From: Octopus vulgaris
Lineage: Eukaryota
Direction: 5' to 3'
Length of the DNA: 64,000 nt
Assembly: GCA_951406725.2 (NCBI GenBank)
Contig: OX597833.1
Location: 61,876,001 to 61,940,000 of the forward strand
The number at the start of each line of letters is the position of its first letter. Position 1 is the stretch's first letter. Position numbers and translations under genes: made by a program. Shown piece by piece: positions 12,010 to 24,540 of this stretch. Below the pieces are notes generated by a model. It had not been told where the DNA came from. It saw nothing but the letters and a program-made list of their open reading frames with translations, and ran no database searches.

Positions 12010-12330
12010 GAAGTCCGAAACGTGGTCCTTTGCTATTCGTAAGACCCGCAGAAGAGAAAGCAGGTCAACCCCGACAGCGAGAGCATCGACGGATGGATGA
12101 ATGCGCATCCGGGCTCAGCGGTTGCGTAGGAAGTCGGGGACAAGAAACAGGAAGAAAGAGTGAGAGAAAGTTGGGGCGAAAGAGTACAACAGGGGTCGCC
12201 ACCACCCCCTGCCGGAGCCTCGTGGAGCTTTAGGTGTTTTCGCTCAATAAACACGCGGTCTGGGAATCGAAACCGCGATCCTCCGACCGCGAGTCCGCTG
12301 TCCTAACCACTGGGCCATTGCGCCTCCACT
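12010..12330 (-). mobile_element. tRNA-derived SINE (GGAGGCGCAATGGCCCAGTGG head), tail type A
   Basis: A/B boxes; head shared with the copies at 22744 and 27263. Confidence 0.85.
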
Positions 12331-13242
12331 GGTGTTGCTGTCCAAGGAGAATCCTACAGGAGAGGCACGAATCAGACATGCGAACAACGCATATATACAG
12401 TTGATGGCCGTGTGCATAATTCTGTTTCGCCAGGTAATTGAAAGAACTACTGATGATTTTCTTAAATCTAGGTTGAGGGTTAAGGGTCAGTGGTGTTTTG
12501 ACATTCAAAGGAGTTGCTATTCCTACTTGAAAGTTAGTAGTGAGTCTCGCTTTTTCCCAGCAGCAATAATCCACGGATCAGACCTCTTAATCGAAAGCCA
12601 CCGGGGAACTTTTTCTGAAACTTCACTTGAAGACTAAACAACCTTCTTCTATGGCCTGTAACCTCCTGCAAATCCCTGCAACCCCCTGTAAACCCTAATT
12701 AGTTGAGGGTATTACAGGAGTGGCCAAGAAATCTTAATAAAAATATTAGCCAAATGGATGTCCATTAACAAACACTTAAAATACTCTTCTAAATTAACAC
12801 CTGTATGAATAAATTAATATACACCTGTATAAATTAATTCGCACCTGAATGAGTCATTTATTATTTGAGCCAACAAGAGAAGCCTTCATATGTTCGCATG
12901 ATCTTATATGATTTAAGAAACAGTAGCCAAATCTCCCTCCAATCCCGTACTTCGTTCGTGTTTGTTCTTCCGTTGGAAGGTAGTGTAGGTGATGACGGTG
13001 CTGGTGGTAGTGGTGGTGGTGGTGATTGTGGTGATAGAGGTAACTTTAGGGCTATACAACTGGTTCTCCGGAGTAGGGTGGGGGGACGCGTTCAGACGTT
13101 TCCGTTTGCCTCTTTCATGGCAAATCAGTTTATTCCACTTTCGAAGTAAAAATAGGATAGAAAACCTAGGACAAAATCTAGAACTAGATCTCACAACCGA
13201 AAACAAATAACAAAGTATGTTTTATTTATCATTGTTGTAGTG

Positions 13243-13282
<40 letters not shown>

Positions 13283-13380
13283 GTTTTACCTCGAGTAAGA
13301 AGATATTACAAAGAAATAAAGTTGGAGTGGAAGGGTTGGTCGCGTGGGTAGGTAGATAACAGGGACTATGTGGGTGTCTT

Positions 13381-13860
13381 GAAGAAGAAGAGGAAGAAGG
13401 AGAAGAAGAAGAAGAAGAAGAAGAAGAAAAAGAAGAAGAAGAAGAAGAAGAAGAAGAAGAAGAAGAAGAAGAAGAAGAAGAAGAAGAAGAAGAAGAAGGA
13501 GAGGAAGAAGAAGAAATAAAAGAAGAAGAAGAAGAAATAGAAGAAGAAGAAGAAGAAGAAGAAGAAGAAGAAGAAGAAGAAGAAGAAGAAGAAGAAGAAC
13601 GACAACAAAAGCAACAACACCTACCAGTCCCACCCACCCCACCGCCTGACTCCAAACCCCCTACCCCCACCAAATATACGGAAATCGGTGGAGCGGCGTC
13701 GGTAGGTTTTGGTGTTTTCTTAAGATTAGGTAAAATAGGAAGTCGTAATTTTGGGTTTGGGTTTATTAGCGATGTGTTAAGATGGGAGATAAGATGAGGA
13801 AGGATACCGGATTGAGAAGAGGATGACGACGATGATGATGATGCTGACGACGACGACGAC

Positions 13861-13892
<32 letters not shown>

Positions 13893-13908
13893 CGACGACG
13901 ACGACGAC

Positions 13909-13950
<42 letters not shown>

Positions 13951-13976
13951 ATTGGTGGTGGTGGTGGTGGTGGTGG

Positions 13977-14025
<49 letters not shown>

Positions 14026-14185
14026 GGTGATGATGATGATGATGATATTGGTGGTAGTGGTGGTGGTGGTGATGATGATGATGATGATGATGATGACGAC
14101 GATGATGATGATGACGATGATGATGATGATGATGATGGTGATGATCAGGAGGATGTGTGTGTGTATGTGTGTGTGTGTGTGTGTG
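13381..14185. repeat. (GAA)n and (GAT/GAC/GGT)n trinucleotide arrays
   Basis: (GAA)n at 13381-13600 and (GAT)n-type at 13823-14145; source of spurious poly-S/L/F/M ORFs. Confidence 0.95.
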
Positions 14186-14517
14186 GCGTGGGTGGGAGCG
14201 TTGGTGGGAGGGAGGGGCGGATGGTGGCGTAATCTGACCGATATTTTCTCAGATTAAGACGAGATTTTGTTGTTGTTAAAGATTAAATAACGCCCCCACC
14301 GCCGACACAAACTGCCATCACCATCATCATCACCATCACTACCATCACCAAAATTATTCTGAGGATAGAATAATATATCTGGGACTGGCACCTTTATATT
14401 TAGATTAAAACAACAACAACAACAACAACAACAAGAGCAAAAGGTAACAATAACAAGTGATCCAGTTAGGGAGTCACTTTGAAGTAGAATGGTCTGATCT
14501 CTCACACACACACACAC

Positions 14518-15668
14518 GTACATACATACATGCATGTATACATACATATGTACATACATACATACATACATACATACATACATGCATACATACATGCATG
14601 CATACATACATACATGCATACATACATACATACATACATGCATACATACATACATACATGCATACATACATGCATACATACATACATACATACATGCATG
14701 CATACATACATACATACATACATACATACATGCATGCATGCATGCATGCATGCATACATACATACATGCATACATACATACATACATACATGCATGCATG
14801 CATGCATGCATACATACATACATACATACATGCATGCATGCATGCATGCATACATACATACATACATACATGCATACATACATACATACATACATACATA
14901 CATACATACATACATACATACATGCATGCATGCATGCATGCATGCATACATACATACATACATGCATACATACATACATACATACATGCATGCATACATG
15001 CATGCATACATACATACATACATACATACATGCATGCATGCATGCATGCATGCATACATACATACATACATACATGCATACATACATACATACATACATA
15101 CATGCATACATACATACATACATACATGCATGCATGCATGCATGCATGCATACATACATACATACATACATACATACATACATACATACATACATACATA
15201 CATACATACATACATACATACATACATACATACATACATACATACATACATACATACATACATACATACATGCATGCATGCATGCATACATGCATACATA
15301 CATACATACATGCATGCATGCATGCATGCATGCATACATACATACATACATACATGCATGCATGCATGCATGCATACATACATACATACATACATACATG
15401 CATGCATGCATGCATGCATACATACATACATACATACATACATACATACATACATACATACATACATGCATGCATGCATGCATACATACATGCATGCATG
15501 CATACATACATACATACATACATACATTCATACATACATACATGCATGCATGCATGCATGCATACATACATACATACATACATACATACATACATACATA
15601 CATACATACATACATGCAGGCATGCACACACACATATCGAGAGAGAGAGAGAGAGACAGACAGACAGC

Positions 15669-15736
<68 letters not shown>

Positions 15737-15830
15737 ATAAGAGAAAGAAAGAAAGAATAAGAGAAAGAAAGAAAGAAAGAAAAAAGGCAGAAAGAAAGGA
15801 AGAAAGAAAGAAAGAAAGAGCGAAAGAAAA
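14518..15830. repeat. 1.1-kb (CATA)/(CATG) compound tetranucleotide array followed by (GA)n/(GAAA)n
   Basis: Seen directly; explains the 340-530-aa MYVC/HTYI ORFs. Confidence 0.97.
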
Positions 15831-17139
15831 AAGAAAGGGAGAAGGAATGGTTCAGCAATAAAAAAAAATAGAAAGAGAAGAACTCAATACAATAATGTAG
15901 AGCTATTCAGAGTATTTTTACTCTGATTTGAAACTTCCCAAATTGTTACTGCGACCATTTCTCTGGGACTCATAGAATATTGGGTAGTTATTTACTATTA
16001 CAGCCGTCTCACTTTGAAGGAGAAATGTATGAATTTTTTTACTCTGGTTTTTGAGGTGTTTTGAACGATTCTGACCCCCAAAACAATTGTAAATCACCAA
16101 TTCTTGAATCAAATTCGTCCCTACAGCGGACAGCCTAGGGCAGTAGTTCTCAACCGCGGTCCATATGGCCCCTGATTTTCCATATAAGATTTTGTGTGGT
16201 CCACGCAGCAAAATAATAAATTGGGGATCTGCAATAGTATTTTAGGGGCGTCAACTACAGCTATCTCTCCTGTCAGATGTTCTAGAACATTCCAAGGGAA
16301 CATTAGTTAGCTACCTCTTTAGTAGCATACAAGGAGTAACTGCTAAACGACACACAGGAGGGCATTAGAAGCATATCGCCTATTCCGATTGAATTTCTTC
16401 TCTTCTTCTCTAAGTCACGACAAAGTCAACTTCGGAGAGAGAGCCAGGAACACGGATTCGATGTTCTGTCCAGCCAGCAACTCGCTATGGTATTCTACGC
16501 CTAGTGCCTGTCTGAAAATAATTTTTGTCGTTTGAATTCCTCCTATTATCTCACTGTCGTCGTGGAACATGGCAAAATGTTCAGAACCTTTTTCTTCAAT
16601 ACCAGATAACTTTATCGAACATTGTGTACTCACAGCATGAGTTTGTTCGTTATGCATCTGAATAAAACCTTGGACACGAAGTTGTTCACGCACGGACACG
16701 AGTGTTGTAGTCGCTTACTGCACCAGAGGCATTTCACAGTCGTTGGATCAATGACTCAGTCCAGTCATTAAAGTGTTGACGTCTTCATTAGCGACTTCCC
16801 TCGCTAAAGAAGCGACGTGGAAAAGACGAAACTCCTTAGTATCGTCCAGTGTCGAGAGGTTAGGACGTCAGGGTTTGTTTTGGTTCATTAAATGTCAGCG
16901 GCCACCAAGACATCACAGGGAAATTGACCAGACAGTTCAAAAACATGGAAGATTGGTCAAATGATGCAACGACGCCAGAAACTCATTCCAAGGCCATGCG
17001 ATTACACATAAAAATAAAAAGATTTGACTTTAATCGCACAAGTAAAAAACAATTGTTGAAAAGGCACCACTTTTGAAAACATGCTCGAAGAGAGCGATCC
17101 CCACCCACATGCTCCACTATTAACTACGCCACTGATTGT

Positions 17140-17597
17140 GATTATTCTCTTGGAGACTTTAAAGGTTCTTTTCCGAACAGCGGCGCTATTCCACCGTGGT
17201 CAATTGTTCTCCTTTGTGAATCATTTTCTTTGTTATGGGAGTGGGGGAACCGAACAGTGATAGAGTGTCCGAATCTGTCTCCAAAGTCGTTGGTTTTGTG
17301 GCAAGGTTACAGACGACTTCTTTTCTAACTAGAAATCGATTGTTGGGGGGAAGAGATCGAGGTAGAAAATCGATAAAACTTTGATTGTTCGACTCAAATG
17401 TAAGAGAGGTCGGGTTCTGAGCCAGATTTGGTAGTTTGGATGGATAGAACGAGTGAGCAGACGATGACTCGTTCTGGTTTCAACAGGCTCAATTGTTGAG
17501 AAATGTGAGAAAACAACAGCCGTTTCTTTCATTCAAAAGTACATCAGGCCTGGTTCTAGTATTTATAGCAATTCTTGAGCTCCCTACAGAACTTTAA
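17140..17597 (+). mobile_element. Decayed Merlin (IS1016/ISXO2-like) transposase
   Basis: Translation across frameshifts: PPWSIV..VNHF...GEEIEVE-IDKTLIVRLKCKRGRVLSQIW*FGWIERVSRR...IQKYIRPGSSIYSNS*APYRTL. This matches the Merlin VEIDE / GR / W.FGGIER / I.PGS.I.SD.W.AY motifs. Truncated by a Charlie MITE at 17600. Confidence 0.8.
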
Positions 17598-17599
17598 GG

Positions 17600-17760
17600 C
17601 AGTGGTTCTCAACCGAGGTCCATGTGGCCCCTGTAGGTCCATATAAGATTTTTCGGGGTCCACGTAACAAAATAGCACATTGGGGATTGACAATAGTATT
17701 TTAAGGGTCCCTGAAATTTTTTTACTTTAGATGTACTTATTGGTATGTATTACAAGAAAT
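17600..17760. mobile_element. hAT Charlie-like MITE fragment
   Basis: CAGTGGTTCTCAACC start; related copies at ~16141, ~35690-35850, ~37770-37926 and ~47210-47410. Confidence 0.65.
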
Positions 17761-18254
17761 AACTAACAAAACTAACAAAAAACAATGGGGTTTTGAGTAC
17801 ACAGACAGAACAGCCTCAGATGCTACACAGAACTATGTCCGCCAATTCTGTGATAAGACACCATCAGGAGTGATACCGGAATGGACATGGCCAGTCTGAA
17901 GGAAGCGGCCCAGGATAGAACTGACTGGAGGACACTGGTCCAACGAGTGACCGAGAGACGACTTCGACTGAGCGGATAGAGAGAGAGAGAAATATTTTAT
18001 ACAATGAAGACCTAAAGCTGCTGCATTCACTAGCTTTCCCTTACGTCGCCCGGTCCAGGAATCGAAACCACAATCTTACGATCATGGTACTGATACCCTA
18101 ACTACTAAGCCACGCGCCTCCACGCCTGAATGACGCAGCAGCGAAATATACTTTTCTTGTCTGCAGTGGAAGAAACGAACAAATACTTTGCCGAGTAGTG
18201 GTGGAATATATGGCGTCTTAACCCAATCCTTTACATCATGCCAAAGCCTTTCTC

Positions 18255-18467
18255 TGTTATGGGAGTGGGGGAACCGAACAGTGATAGAGTGCCCGAATCT
18301 GTCTCCAAAGTTGTTGGTTTTGTGGCAAGGCTACAGACGACTTCTTCTCTAATTAGAAATCGATAAAAGTTTGATTGTTCGACTCAAATGTAAGAGAGGT
18401 CGGGTTCTGAGCCAGATTTGGTTGTTTGGGGGGATAGAACGAGTGAGCAGACGATGACTCGTTCTGG
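18255..18467 (+). mobile_element. Partial duplicate of the Merlin transposase relic
   Basis: Near-identical to 17230-17478 with a ~24-bp deletion; keeps IWLFGGIERVSRR. Confidence 0.8.
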
Positions 18468-20341
18468 TGAGTAATTTTTGTCACCCACGAAATTTTCAGA
18501 ATGGTTAACCACAAAATACATGTAACCTAAATCCTCCATAGCCATTTGTTGTTTAAAAACTAGTTTTATAGAAACTTCTTTCAACATTCGTATTTTGTTT
18601 TTCACACATTAATTTGTGTAGGTTGAACTACGTAAAATGTAAGGGAAAGCTAGTGAATGTGACAGCCTTAGGTCTTCATTGTATAAAATATCTAATCTGT
18701 ATGAAAATCGTTCAGGGTTATTAAAAACGAAGAAAGCATAGAAATATGAGAATGTTTTATTACAAAACTGGCTGACATAGTTCTGTGTAGCATCTGAGGC
18801 TGTTCTGTCTGTGTACTCAAAACCCCATTGTTTTTTTTTAACGCTTCATTGAATTGTTAGAAAGCTCGACCCGGAAGATTTCAGCTCATTTTATCAGACA
18901 CCAGCAGGTCTGGATGACCGAGAACTATTCGCGGAGGTGTTTAATGCCTTTTATGGCAATACAAACCTCTATACCTGGTTTTGCCTTCTATAGCAGTCTG
19001 GTAGGCCGTGGTCCTAAGCTGGGAAACATGAACGTGATGGTTCAAAACTTAGCCGAAGCCTTGCTACAGCTGAACTTTACATTGGCGTTCTGTCACCATT
19101 AAATAGATCCCTAAAAACCTGTTCCCCACAACAAAAAGGTGCGTTATGGAAAGCAGAATTTGAACACGGTACGCAAAATTCCGGAACAGATACTATACAG
19201 CATCTCGTCCGACACTCTACCAACACACCATCCTACACTTGTACTTTATTTATCGACCTTGACGAGATGAAAGATAAAGTTGTCCTCGCTAAGATTTGAA
19301 CTCAGATTGCAGGGTCAGAACAATTCCACAATACATTCTATCTGAGGCTCTGCTAATTCACAGTCACTTTATTTTGTTATAAACACTTGAATCCTGAAAA
19401 TATTGATTTGAGACCAGATCGGGGTCGTTCACGAAGTTTGATGGGAACTGTGATTTGGTTCCAGTTTTTTTCATTTTTATGTAAATGAAAGATAAATTCT
19501 CCTCTGAAAAGAACGCTTGTCTTTCTGTAACTACGAGCTCATTCCCGGGTGGTTGACGAATAAGAATCGGCATTGCAAGTCACCAAATTGCTCGTGAATT
19601 CTCGATTGCTCTCACTAGCTACTGTCTTATTGACCACCCAAAAGATGATTTACCAACCGCCCTGTAAACCTTGATAACATCCAAAGAAAGGCCACCTTCA
19701 TCAATACATTCCAGCTTCTGAACCACAGATATGCTGCGTTTCCTTCCTCAGTTGATAAAATAAGAACCGGTAAAATACTGAAGCAAGGAAGCTTGGGTGG
19801 CTAAATCGATGGTATACAAGAACCAATTGCAGCGTGAGAGGTTCGTATCGGGGCAGCAGAAATTGGTTGTGTCCCAAAGATCAAACATTATGTTACCAGT
19901 TATGTACAGTTGCTACATTTGCCTCTACTTTTCTGATTGGGTTACTCTTGCGTCACCTCCCAAGCAATCCCAACTCTATCGTCTCTCTCTTCCTCGTGTC
20001 ACTCATACTGCATCCACCATCACAGGCTTCACACTAATCACTATACCCAAGCCCCCCCCCCCCTTACACACATACATAACGGCTTCCCACTGGAATTTTC
20101 TCTTGCCCACGTCTTTTCATTCAACAGTTGATTTGCAGGGAGGATCATTGACTGTCTTGAAGTAGTTGAGAAGTGCAGATCCACAATCCATTCCTGCGGA
20201 CAAAACTATATGAGAAAACAAAATACTTTCAAGAACTAAAAAGATACGGCTGTTGGTAACATAATGTTTGATCTTTGGGGCACAACCAATTTCTGCGGCC
20301 CCGATACGAACCTCTCACACAGCAATTGGTTCTTGTATACC

Positions 20342-20760
20342 TATTGCTTTACTACCCACAAGGGGCTAAACACAGAGGGGACAAACAAGGACAGACAAAC
20401 GGATTAAGTCGAGTACATCGACCTCAGTGCGTAATTGGTACTTAATTTATCGACCCCGAAAGGATGAAAGGCAATGTCGACCTCGGCGGAATTTGAACTC
20501 AGAACGTAACTGCAGACGAAATAACTATTTCTTTTACTACCCACAAGGGGCTAAACAGAGAGGGGACAAACAAGGACAGACAAACGGATTAAGTCGATTA
20601 CATCAACCCCAGTGCGTAATTGGTACTTAATTTATCGATCCTGAAAGGATGAAAGGCAAAGTCGACCTCGGCGGAATTTGAACTCAGAACTTAACGGCAG
20701 ACGAAATACGGCCACGCATTTCGCCCGGTGTGCTAACGTTTCTGCCAGCTCGCCACCTTC
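20342..20760 (-). mobile_element. Dimeric Meta-domain-like tRNA SINE
   Basis: Central GCCTTTCATCCTTTC(G/A)GG(G/A)TCGATAAATTAAGTACC domain present twice; 14-bp TSD ggttcttgtatacc (20328-20341 and 20763-20776). Confidence 0.9.
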
Positions 20761-21530
20761 ACGGTTCTTGTATACCATCGATTTAGCCACACAAGCTTCC
20801 TTGCTTCAGTATTTTACCGGTTCTTATTTTATCAGCCTCGGAAGAATTGAAAATATTTTTGAAAATATTGGAGGTGGTACAGGTACGACATATATTTTCC
20901 GGAATATTTGGTTCCAAAGCCCTTCTTGATACCTGATTTTTCCAAACCAGGGTGGTCACCATGGTTGATACATTCTAAATTAAACAAACATTAAATTTTA
21001 CTTACATAATTAAATGAAATGCAAGCATCTGTACTTTAGTATAAATCGTACAAATTTATAAATAGTTTAATGAGCAAAGCGCTAATCTGTGGAAATTACT
21101 CGTAGACTAGTCTGGCGGGCGCGTGAAATTGAAGTTCCTGGTCGTAGATTAATGCGGATTATAAGAGGTTCCGGACCATCAGTGTTCGGAAAGTCGGCGC
21201 TGTATATGTATTTGAACCCCTGCCAATTATAGAGGTAAAACTAAACATGGTAAGTTTGTTAGTAAACATAGGAAGATATTGATGGTGTGAGGTCGTAGTG
21301 TCGGGGTAGTTTGTATAAACAGTTGGTGAAAGGATGGAAGGAAAACACACGATGAAGGCCTGAGTTTGATAATCACAGGGAATAAACAGTTTAAAAGTGA
21401 AATAATAAATTGGTCTGAGGCGAGGAAAAGAGAAACTCTAACGGACCGGGTTGAAGTCTTTATTGAAGAATTATGTTTTATTCTGAGAGTACGGAACAGA
21501 TAGGTTGAGAATTGTGAGAGAGCAGGGACA

Positions 21531-21567
<37 letters not shown>

Positions 21568-21708
21568 GGAGAAAGAGAGAGAAATTAGTAGGTGAAGAAT
21601 GAAAAAGGGAGAGAGAAGAAATGGTGAAGAACATGTATTTTTAAGTCTGATGCTTCTCCGATTTTTGCCAACTTACTGAAAAGTGTGTGTATATAAATAA
21701 ATAAATAA

Positions 21709-21747
<39 letters not shown>

Positions 21748-21972
21748 CAACAATTGAGGGTAAAATTAATTAATTATTAATCAATTTCACTCAAATAACC
21801 TTAGCATTTGATTTTTTAATGTCCTTACCCCCAAACTTTTGTGAGTTGAATTAAGCAAACGCTATATATGAGAGAGATTTTCTTTAAGTATTAGAAATAG
21901 CTTTAAAAAAGTTTTTTAGCTGCTATTTCTAATGAGTTCAGTATGCGGCGAAGTAATTTATTTTACTAAGCC

Positions 21973-22064
<92 letters not shown>

Positions 22065-22743
22065 AGTAAAGAAAAAGAAATGGCAATAGACAACGGCAAG
22101 ATGGAAGTAATTGTGTTTAGGTCTCTGTAGAGAAATCATTTCGAAATATAAATCTTTGAAAAGAAATTGGAATGCTGCTGGCACATTATTTAGAAATGTG
22201 CTGTTAGTATTTATTCAAAAGAATTCTTTGATAGCGTTTCTTCAGGCCTCCCTTCCACCGTGTTTTTTTTTTCAAATTTTATTTATTTTATTTTGGCTTA
22301 GTTTAGCTTCTTTTTTTTTTATATATTTCGACAAAACAAGAAATATGTTAGCGAAAACACTTCCAAATAATTCCTAATTCTTACCGACATTTGCGACAGT
22401 GTGTAGTCTGGGCTATTTTCTTGCCTTCGTTTTTTCACCCCCCCCCCCCCACCATTTGTAACATTTTATTTTCGTTTTTCTCGTTTTATTGTTACTTTTG
22501 CCATAAAATGTTGCTATCTATTTTAGAAAAGATCCATTTTACGGATTTAGAATTTTGAAAAAGGTGCCGTGTCTATTGCTGGGTTTTTAGAGTTTAACCT
22601 AGAAAATATTTTAGATCACGTATGTTGTTTACCTCAGTAAACTAAGCATTGGGTGTTTAATGTATTAAATATTTCAGTTCACCGCCTGTAAAATGTTTAC
22701 ATTTATAATCAGTAAACTCGGGTTTTGACGTGTAATGCATAAT

Positions 22744-23025
22744 GGAGGCGCAATGGCCGAGTGGTTAGAGCAGCGGACTTACGGTCGCAGGATCGCGGTT
22801 TCGATTCCCAGACCGGGCGTTGTGTGTGTTTATTGAGCAAAAACACCTAAAGCTCCAAGAGACTCCAGCAGGGGGTGGTGGCAACCCCTGTTGTACTCTT
22901 TCACCACAACTTTCTCTCACACTCTCTTCCTGTCCATTTGTGAGGAACACTTACGCCACAGAAACCGGGAAACTGGGCCCATGAGCCTGGCTAGACTTGA
23001 AAAGGTCGCATAAATAAAATAAATA
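22744..23025 (+). mobile_element. tRNA-derived SINE (GGAGGCGCAATGG head), tail type B
   Basis: A/B boxes; TAAA-rich tail. Confidence 0.85.
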
Positions 23026-23149
23026 AAAAATGCATTACACATTTCTGACAGTAAGTTGTTTACATTTGGAGTCAGTAAACTAATATTACGTAATACATAC
23101 ATGCATACATATGACATCTCATTTTAACAGATATATTTACCAAAATTGC

Positions 23150-23927
23150 ATAAAAATATTTTGAAATACTAAAGAGTAAATTTATTCAATAAAATCGCCA
23201 GATGACTTCGGAATCTCCCGCCACTCTTCTGGGCGGTCTCCTTGTTTAAGTTGGTGAATGCTGCCATAATCCTTGCCTTCAGTTCATCTTTGGTGTTACA
23301 AGGAGTTTTGTTGGTCTCTCGTTCAACTGCACCCCACACATAATAATCACAGGGATTGCATTCTGGGGAGTTAAATGACCAGATATTAGAGGTGATATGG
23401 TTGCAGAAATTGTCTGACTGCCATGACTGGGTTCTCCTGCTTGTGTGACATGATGAAAAGTTCTGTCGCCAGACATAGGGTCTTCCAGCAGCCACCCCTT
23501 TCACCCAGGGCAGCAGTACCTCCTCCAGGCACTTGATGTAGGCCTCTGTGTTGAGTCTGAGGCCGTGTGGGAAGATGAATGGAGATATAACATCGCCATC
23601 ACTAGTGATCACTCCATACACCATGATGTTGACTAGATGTTTGATTTTTTTCACTCTCGATACATGACCTGAGATTGCACTGTTCTCAGACTGACACCCA
23701 AACACTCTGAAATGTTCGTATTGGAGCTTCCAGTGCGAATGCCAAGCAGTACAGCATGTCGTTCCCAAATTTTTGGCTGAGTGAATTGTGTCATGGTGCT
23801 GTTTTTCTCACAGACGGTGCCCAACTGACCCTACCATATTGCGTAGTCGACTAAAAAAAATAATAAACAATGCAGGTGCACGAAATTAAAAATATAAAAT
23901 GGTGACAATTTATCCATTGCAGCCTGT
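23150..23927 (-). mobile_element. Internally deleted maT/DD37D-type Tc1/mariner transposon
   Basis: IMVYGVITSDG..PFIFPHGLRLNTEAYIKCLEEVLLPW...SCHTS..TQSW...NSPECNPCDYYVWGAVE; the third catalytic residue is D. The terminus at ~23900-23927 is shared with the copy at 62778. Confidence 0.85.
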
Positions 23928-23971
23928 ATATAGAAATATATGCGTGCGTGTGTGTGAATGTATGTATATAA

Positions 23972-24012
<41 letters not shown>

Positions 24013-24120
24013 CACCGTGTAATTTGTCGGAAATACAGTACAACACTGTTGCTTATTGAGTACATCCTTTTGTCAAAAGTCAGTTTCACCCGATATCAAA
24101 TTAACTACTACACCAAAACC

Positions 24121-24219
24121 ACGACGACGACGACCACCACCACCACCACCACCACCACCACCACCACCACCACCACCACCACCACCACCACCACCACCAC
24201 CACCACTACCACCACTACC

Positions 24220-24253
<34 letters not shown>

Positions 24254-24282
24254 ATAATAATAATAATAATAATAACAATAAC

Positions 24283-24314
<32 letters not shown>

Positions 24315-24381
24315 TGATAATAAAAATATAATAATAATAATGATGATAATAATAATAGTAGTAGTAATAATAATAATAATA

Positions 24382-24442
<61 letters not shown>

Positions 24443-24454
24443 GTATTAGTAGTA

Positions 24455-24528
<74 letters not shown>

Positions 24529-24540
24529 AATGATAATAAC
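24121..24540. repeat. (ACC)n-(ACT)n-(AAT)n-(GAT)n trinucleotide array
   Basis: Seen directly. Confidence 0.95.

Noticed and set aside
11800-12720. Possible highly decayed LINE around the 12010-12330 SINE; similar vague relics at 6990-7270 and 21150-21500
   Set aside because: Coding-like composition but no motif I could identify with confidence.
14254-15861. 341-534-aa ORFs (MYVC/HTYI repeats), and similar ORFs at 3.5, 25.6, 28.3, 36.3, 38.5, 45.3 and 48.1 kb
   Set aside because: Translations of stop-free (TACA/TGCA/TA)n microsatellites, open in most frames.
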